The position numbers and the translations under genes are program-made. DNA of 63,318 bases, the filler included. It is 7 parts of 7 records of this genome, joined end to end, with 100 filler letters (N's around TTAATTAATTAA, not from the genome) between each part and the next. Parts side by side here need not be neighbours in the genome. Positions count along the whole stretch, not along the records: positions 57,587 to 63,318 come from SRR31156797_3078; 6 more parts are not named here. One strand, given 5' to 3'. Positions 57,766-63,318 of the stretch are shown here, piece after piece (position 1 is the stretch's first letter; every line of letters starts with the position of its first letter). The notes below the pieces were generated by a model that saw only the letters and a program-made list of their open reading frames with translations, made no database searches and was not told the DNA's origin.

Positions 57766-60700
57766 ATGAAACGTACAACAGGTAACATCGCCGTAACCGG
57801 AATTGCCGGCATATTTCCAGGCGCCCACACCATAGAAAAGTTTACCGGAAACATCATGACCAGACACGAAGCCGTCATGGATGTTCCCGATCACCGGTGG
57901 ATCGTCCCCCCGGCCGCCATGGTCTCGGACCAGTACCGGCCCGACACCGCCTCCTCCAGGCGGGCGGGGCTTGTGGACGAATTCCCCTTTGATCCCCATG
58001 GGTTCACCCTTGACCGGGATCTTCTTTCAGGACTCGACCCCCTGCACAAGATGGTGCTCCAAGCGGGAAGGGAAGCCCTGTCAAACAGCTTTCATGATCA
58101 AAAGATCCGGGAGAAGACCGGCGTCATCCTTGCGGCCATCAGTCTTCCGACCCAGGCGTCCTCCGAGATCTCCCACAGGATCATGACGGGCGATCCAAGG
58201 GCCATCACCCGGGCGGATGCCCTTTCAGCGGGCGTAGTCTCCGTTCCGGCGGCCCTGCTGGCAAGGGCCATGGGCTTGTTCGGGGGATGCTTCACCCTGG
58301 ATGCCGCCTGCGCCTCCTCCCTCTACGCCATCAAGCTTGCCTGCGACCGTCTAAACTCGGGCAAGGCGGACATGATGGTTGCGGGCGGAGTGTCCCGGCC
58401 GGACTCCCTTTACACCCAGGTGGGGTTCACCCAGCTCAAGGCACTCTCTCCCACCGGACGCTGTGCCCCCTTTGACAAGAACGCCAACGGCCTGGTGGTG
58501 GGCGAGGGATCGGGCATCCTCGTGCTGAAACGCCTGGACGACGCCGTTGCCTGCGGGGACAAGATCTGGGGCGTGATCCAGGGAACAGGCTGGTCCAACG
58601 ACATCGAGGGCAACCTGGTGGCCCCGGCCTCCGAGGGCCAGAAACGGGCCATGGCCGCGGCCTTCAGAAACGCGGGCTGGCTGCCCAAGGAGATCCAGCA
58701 CCTGGAGTGCCACGGTTCCGCCACCCCCGTGGGTGACAACATCGAACTCAATTCCATGAAGGCCCTGTGGCAGGAAGCGGACTGCGACCAGGCCCCCTGC
58801 GCCATCGGGTCCGTGAAATCCATGACCGGGCATCTTTTGACGGCGGCAGGGGCGGCCGGCATGATCAAGACCCTTGTGGCCATGGACGCCAAACAGCTTC
58901 CCCCCTCCCTTCATTATTCAGAGCCCACGGCCAACAGCCCCCTTTACACCACCGGGTTCAGGGTCCAGACAGAGGCTTCCCCATGGGACGCCAAGGTCCG
59001 CCGTGCCGGGGTGTCGGCCTTCGGATTCGGCGGCATCAATGCCCATGTCCTGGTGGAGGAGTTCAAGCCCGGCAACCCCAAACGCTATTTCCAGCCGGGC
59101 CAGGCCAATGAGGAACATGCTGCCGATATTCCCATCGCCATCGTCGGCATGGAGACCATCACGGCAACCGCCCGCAACCTGACCGAATTCAAGGAGCAGG
59201 TCCTGGGCGGCAAGGCCCCGACACCCAAGGCGCCGGGATCGAGATGGCGGATACTGCCGGGCACCTCCCCTTCCCTTCCGGCCATGGACGGCCTGTGGAT
59301 CGATTCCGTCACCACCCGTCCGGGAGAATTCCACATTCCGCCCAACCAGATCCCGGATCTGCTGCCCCAGCACCTGATCATGCTCAAGGCGGCCACCGGC
59401 GCCCTCAAGGACGCGGATATTCCCGTCAGGCCCGCCCGGGACGAGGAACCCCGCACCCGGTTCGGCGCAGCCATGGGCATCGAGTTTGATTATGAGGCAA
59501 CGGATTTCCACCTGCGATGGCGCAACAACAACGCGGACGAAGCCGTCAAAGACGCCCTGGCCCCACCCCTCACGGCCAACAGGACCCTGGGCGCCCTCGG
59601 GGGAATCGTGGCAAGCAGGATCGCCCGGGAGTTCAAACTGGGAGGCCCCTGCTTCACCCTGTCCGCCGAAGCGGCATCGGGCATGAAGGCCATCGAGACG
59701 GGAATCGAATCCCTGAAATCCGGGGAGACCGACACCTTTTTATGCGGGGCCGTGGACATGGCCGGCGACTGCCGCCAGATCCTTCTGGACGCCTGCTTGA
59801 AACCCTTCTCCGGCAAGGCCGCACCCTTTGACAAAACCGCAAAAAGAGCTGTCCCCTCCGAAGGCGCCGCCGCCGTGGTGCTCAAACGGCTTGACCAGGC
59901 CCAAAGGGACGGCAACCGGATCTACGGCATCATCAAAGGCACAGGCGCGGCCTGTGGCGGGGAAATGGCCCATGAAGACGCAGCCCTTCATCCGGGCATG
60001 GAAAAGATCTATGGCAACTCCCTGGAACAATGCCTGGACAATGCCGGGGTGTCCGCAGCCTCCATCGGCCTGTTCGAGGCCCACGGCAGCTCCGATCCCC
60101 TGGAGGACGCCACCGAGCTCAAGGCCCTTACCCGCTTTGACCTCTCCTGTGCCCTTGGGTCGGCCTCGGCCACCAACGGCGACACCCGGTCCGTGTCCGG
60201 CCTGCTCTCCATGGTCAAGGCCTCCCTTGCCCTGTACCACCACATCATTCCGCCGGTTCCAGGCTTTGTTGCACCGGGAGTGGAACTTGATCCGGCAACC
60301 CGTATCCACATTCCCCAACAACCCGGCTTCTGGGTACGCAAAAAGGATGAGGAGCCAAGACGGGCCTGTGTGGCGGCCATGACCCGGGACGGCGCCGTAA
60401 GCCACCTGGTCCTGGAAGAGCCGGCCCAAAGCAAGAATGCGCCCCTTTCCACCTCCATGAAAACCGAACGGCGCACCCCCCTGGGCTGTCAGCAGACAAC
60501 CCTGATCGTTGTCAAGGCAGATGCCAAGGAAGGGCTCCTGGCCGAACTTGAACGGCTCAAGGCCCTCACCCGCACCATGGCCGGGGAATCCGCCGCCGCC
60601 ATCGGCCGGGCCTGGTTCCAAAACACCTTGAAACAGACCTGTAAAAGCAAAACCCTCTCCATCATGGCGGCAAGCGCCAACAGCCTTGCCAACCTTGTTG

Positions 60701-63318
60701 ACGGCGCCCTGGAAGCGGTGACAAACGACCGGGAATGCACCATCAAAGGATTTGAGGGCATCGCATACACCCTTGCGCCCCTTGGCGCCAGGGGAAAGAC
60801 CGCCTTTCTCTATCCCGGTTCGGGCAACCACTTCCCGGGCATGGGACGGGCCATGGGCGCCCTGTTCCCGGATATCCTCGATGCCGTCGAGGCAAAGGGA
60901 GCCTCCCTGGACAAACAGGTACAGCCCGCCCTTTACTATCCCCAGCGCCTCAACTGGGAGACAGGATGGCAAAAACATGCCATGGCCAAGATCAAGTCCC
61001 ATGCCCACAACATGATCTACGGCCAGGTCTTTTTCGGCAACCTCATGACCCGGGTGGCGGAGAAATTCAACCTGAGGCCCCAGGCCGGCATCGGCCACAG
61101 CCTTGGTGAGACCGCCTCCCTGTTTTCCCTTGGGGTGTGGAACGACCCCAAGGAGATGCTCAACCGCATGGAGGCATCGGACCTCTTCACCGGAAAGCTT
61201 GCGGGTGATTTCACGGCCGCAGCCGAAGTGTGGCACCTGGCTCCGGGGGAAACACCCCAATGGTGCGTTGCAGCCGTGAACCGGAGCCGGGCCGAAGTGG
61301 AAGCCGAGCTTAAGAACCATGACCGGCTCTACCTGCTCATCGTCAACACCCCCGACGAGACCGTGATCGGCGGCAGCCGTGACCAAATGGAAGCCTTTAT
61401 CAAAAACACCGGATGCGGCGCCATGTTCCTGGACGGTGTCGTGACCGTGCACTGCCCCCTGGCAGCGCCGTGCAAGGAAGAATACCTTGCCCTTCACAGG
61501 TTCGAATGCACCCCGCCCCGGGATATCGACTTCTACTCCTGCAGCCGTGCCCGACGCTATATCCCGGAAACCGAAGCAACGGCCCGGTCCATCCTGGACC
61601 AGGCCCTATCGGGGTTTGATTACGTAAAACTGATCAACCGGGCCTGGGATGACGGCATCCGGATATTTGTGGAAATGGGTCCGGGGTCATCCTGCACCCG
61701 GGCGGTGAGACAGATCCTCAAGGACAAGGAACACCTGGTGCTCTCCCTGTCCGAAGCCGGCGGCAACGACCATGGGGTGCTGGTGAAAGGCCTTGCAACC
61801 TTGGCGGCCCACGGTCTGGACCTGGATCTTTCCCCGCTGTATCCGCTTGAAAATCCTGAAGCCGTTGCACCAACCGGCCATGAACTGATCCTCACCCCGG
61901 GCAGGTCTGTCATCGATCCAAGGGTGATCCAAGGCAATGATGAGCCGGTGAAAAAAGCAAAACCACTGAACAACGTGGCAAAGAAAAACCCCGTGCAAAG
62001 CCCCATGGCCGAGGATGCAAAACCAAAGACACCGGCCATGAAACCTTTTACCGAAGATCCTGGGCCAACGGCTCCGTCCCAAAAGGCTTTTGCCGAGGAA
62101 GAAAAGCAAGACACACAACCCGGGGAGACGGCTGGCGAACCCGTCACCCGCCCCGCCGGCACGGAATCCGCAGGGCTGCTGGTGGACTCGGCCCGTTTGA
62201 CGGCCCGGGCCCATGAATCCTTTTTGTCCCTGACCCAGGAAAACATGAAGGCCTATGAACAGCAATTTGCAGCCCTTACCCGGGCGGCGGCAGGAATGGC
62301 CGATCCCCAGGCGCCGGCGCCGGAGCAAAACGCCCAGGCAACCATGCCTGTGCAGGAATCCCCGGAAGCCGTTCCCGCCCAGGCGCCGGTTGAACAAAAC
62401 CAGGTCAAACCGATGTTTGACAAGGCCATGTGCATGGAGTTCGCCACGGGTCTGGCGGGCAACGTCCTTGGCGACCCGTTCAAAATCATCGACACCTATC
62501 CGGTAAGGGTGAGGCTTCCGGATGCCCCCCTGATGCTGGTGGACAGGATCATGGATATCGAAGGTGAAATGCTCTCCCTGAATTCCGGAAAAATCGTCAC
62601 CCAACACGATGTCCTCCCTGCTGCCTGGTACCTGGACGGTGACAAGGCGCCGGTCTCCATCACCATCGAGGCGGGCCAGGCCGACCTGTTCCTCTGCTCC
62701 TGGCTCGGCATCGACCATGTGGTCAAGGGCAAGCGGCGGTATCGGCTCCTGGACGCGAAGGTCACCTTCCACCGGGATCTTCCCCGGCCCGGGGAGACCA
62801 TCGAGTACCACATCGAGATCGACCGGTTCCTGAAGCAGGGAGATGTCTATCTCTTCTTCTTCCACTACCGGGGCTACATCAACGATGAACTGCTCATCTC
62901 CATGCGGGACGGATGCGCGGGCTTCTTCACCCTGGAAGAGGTTGCCAACTCCGGCGGAATCATCCTGAAACCCGAGGACAAGGAAAGGGAGACCCCCAAG
63001 GCTCCCTTCACCGCCCCCATCCCGGTCACCCAGGAAAGCTATTCCGACAAAAGGGTCGAGGCCCTGCGCCGGGGCGACCTTGAAGCCGGGTTCGGAGACA
63101 GGTTCAGGGGAATGCGGCTCGGGAAGCACCTGCGGCTGCCGGGGGGCCGGATGCACCTCCTGGACCGGGTGACGTCCATCGATCCCACAGGCGGCAGGTT
63201 CGGCCTCGGCACTATCACCGCCGAAGCCGACATCCGGCCGGATCACTGGTTCCTCACCTGCCACTTTACCGATGACATGGTCATGCCCGGCACCCTGATG
63301 TATGAATGCTGCGCCCAC
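57766..63318 (+). CDS. PfaB/C-type iterative type I fatty acid/polyketide synthase, KS-CLF-AT-DH (3' end beyond window)
   Basis: One frame from ATG 57766 carries DAACASS (Cys 58309), ECHGSAT, KSMTGH; second KS with SAEAASG (no Cys); AT YPGSG and GHSLG (Ser 61099); FabA-like WFLTCHFTDDMVMPG near 63250. Confidence 0.92.
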   Translation, partial: MKRTTGNIAVTGIAGIFPGAHTIEKFTGNIMTRHEAVMDVPDHRWIVPPAAMVSDQYRPDTASSRRAGLVDEFPFDPHGFTLDRDLLSGLDPLHKMVLQAGREALSNSFHDQKIREKTGVILAAISLPTQASSEISHRIMTGDPRAITRADALSAGVVSVPAALLARAMGLFGGCFTLDAACASSLYAIKLACDRLNSGKADMMVAGGVSRPDSLYTQVGFTQLKALSPTGRCAPFDKNANGLVVGEGSGILVLKRLDDAVACGDKIWGVIQGTGWSNDIEGNLVAPASEGQKRAMAAAFRNAGWLPKEIQHLECHGSATPVGDNIELNSMKALWQEADCDQAPCAIGSVKSMTGHLLTAAGAAGMIKTLVAMDAKQLPPSLHYSEPTANSPLYTTGFRVQTEASPWDAKVRRAGVSAFGFGGINAHVLVEEFKPGNPKRYFQPGQANEEHAADIPIAIVGMETITATARNLTEFKEQVLGGKAPTPKAPGSRWRILPGTSPSLPAMDGLWIDSVTTRPGEFHIPPNQIPDLLPQHLIMLKAATGALKDADIPVRPARDEEPRTRFGAAMGIEFDYEATDFHLRWRNNNADEAVKDALAPPLTANRTLGALGGIVASRIAREFKLGGPCFTLSAEAASGMKAIETGIESLKSGETDTFLCGAVDMAGDCRQILLDACLKPFSGKAAPFDKTAKRAVPSEGAAAVVLKRLDQAQRDGNRIYGIIKGTGAACGGEMAHEDAALHPGMEKIYGNSLEQCLDNAGVSAASIGLFEAHGSSDPLEDATELKALTRFDLSCALGSASATNGDTRSVSGLLSMVKASLALYHHIIPPVPGFVAPGVELDPATRIHIPQQPGFWVRKKDEEPRRACVAAMTRDGAVSHLVLEEPAQSKNAPLSTSMKTERRTPLGCQQTTLIVVKADAKEGLLAELERLKALTRTMAGESAAAIGRAWFQNTLKQTCKSKTLSIMAASANSLANLVDGALEAVTNDRECTIKGFEGIAYTLAPLGARGKTAFLYPGSGNHFPGMGRAMGALFPDILDAVEAKGASLDKQVQPALYYPQRLNWETGWQKHAMAKIKSHAHNMIYGQVFFGNLMTRVAEKFNLRPQAGIGHSLGETASLFSLGVWNDPKEMLNRMEASDLFTGKLAGDFTAAAEVWHLAPGETPQWCVAAVNRSRAEVEAELKNHDRLYLLIVNTPDETVIGGSRDQMEAFIKNTGCGAMFLDGVVTVHCPLAAPCKEEYLALHRFECTPPRDIDFYSCSRARRYIPETEATARSILDQALSGFDYVKLINRAWDDGIRIFVEMGPGSSCTRAVRQILKDKEHLVLSLSEAGGNDHGVLVKGLATLAAHGLDLDLSPLYPLENPEAVAPTGHELILTPGRSVIDPRVIQGNDEPVKKAKPLNNVAKKNPVQSPMAEDAKPKTPAMKPFTEDPGPTAPSQKAFAEEEKQDTQPGETAGEPVTRPAGTESAGLLVDSARLTARAHESFLSLTQENMKAYEQQFAALTRAAAGMADPQAPAPEQNAQATMPVQESPEAVPAQAPVEQNQVKPMFDKAMCMEFATGLAGNVLGDPFKIIDTYPVRVRLPDAPLMLVDRIMDIEGEMLSLNSGKIVTQHDVLPAAWYLDGDKAPVSITIEAGQADLFLCSWLGIDHVVKGKRRYRLLDAKVTFHRDLPRPGETIEYHIEIDRFLKQGDVYLFFFHYRGYINDELLISMRDGCAGFFTLEEVANSGGIILKPEDKERETPKAPFTAPIPVTQESYSDKRVEALRRGDLEAGFGDRFRGMRLGKHLRLPGGRMHLLDRVTSIDPTGGRFGLGTITAEADIRPDHWFLTCHFTDDMVMPGTLMYECCAH

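Noticed and set aside
57751..63318. All ORF-track entries in segment 7, including 585 aa and 543 aa minus-strand ORFs
   Set aside because: They are GC-rich shadow frames of the + strand synthase gene.

Overview
This window is not one locus. It is seven unrelated contigs joined by six identical 100-nt artificial spacers (N44-TTAATTAATTAA-N44), so gene neighbourhoods only mean something inside a segment. Taxonomic labels below are inferred from gene content and base composition. (1) 1-9464, very AT-rich diderm (Fusobacteriota-like): FUSC protein, GNAT, metallophosphoesterase, a translationally coupled ODP-like di-iron protein plus diguanylate cyclase, and a TolC/adaptor/MacB-type ABC operon with a duplicated promoter. 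(2) 9565-23477, Desulfovibrionaceae-like: AI-2E transporter, serB, bactofilin plus an unannotated 51-aa gene, lyxose isomerase, a sigma54-type DUF2318/ABC operon, an FmdE-molybdopterin-binding fusion with a structured leader, a methyltransferase and dsrK(part)JOP. (3) 23578-32365, Desulfobacterales-like: a probable IS end, two hybrid kinases, thiolase and the start of a CoA transferase. (4) 32466-38675: an exported caspase-like protease with a SPOR-like tail, three small accessory genes, and an outer-membrane barrel / nitrilase-like / saccharopine-dehydrogenase-like cluster. (5) 38776-49494, Bacteroidota: Tat oxidoreductase, ahpC-osmC, PAS kinase, LytS/LytTR module, IMPase, TfoX and part of a DEAD-box helicase. 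(6) 49595-57486: secG, ROK kinase, GT2, yfgM/bamB-like genes, ihfB, a JAB-DinG fusion and a probably leaderless AAA ATPase under tandem operators. (7) 57587-63318, GC-rich: a >1850-codon PfaB/C-type KS-CLF-AT-DH synthase that the ORF track missed. I found no rRNA, tRNA or CRISPR array. The best leads are the ODP-DGC pair with a Cys4 insert, caspase-SPOR, the DUF2318/CxxC-permease operon, JAB-DinG and the Pfa-type synthase. None can be shown to be novel without database searches.
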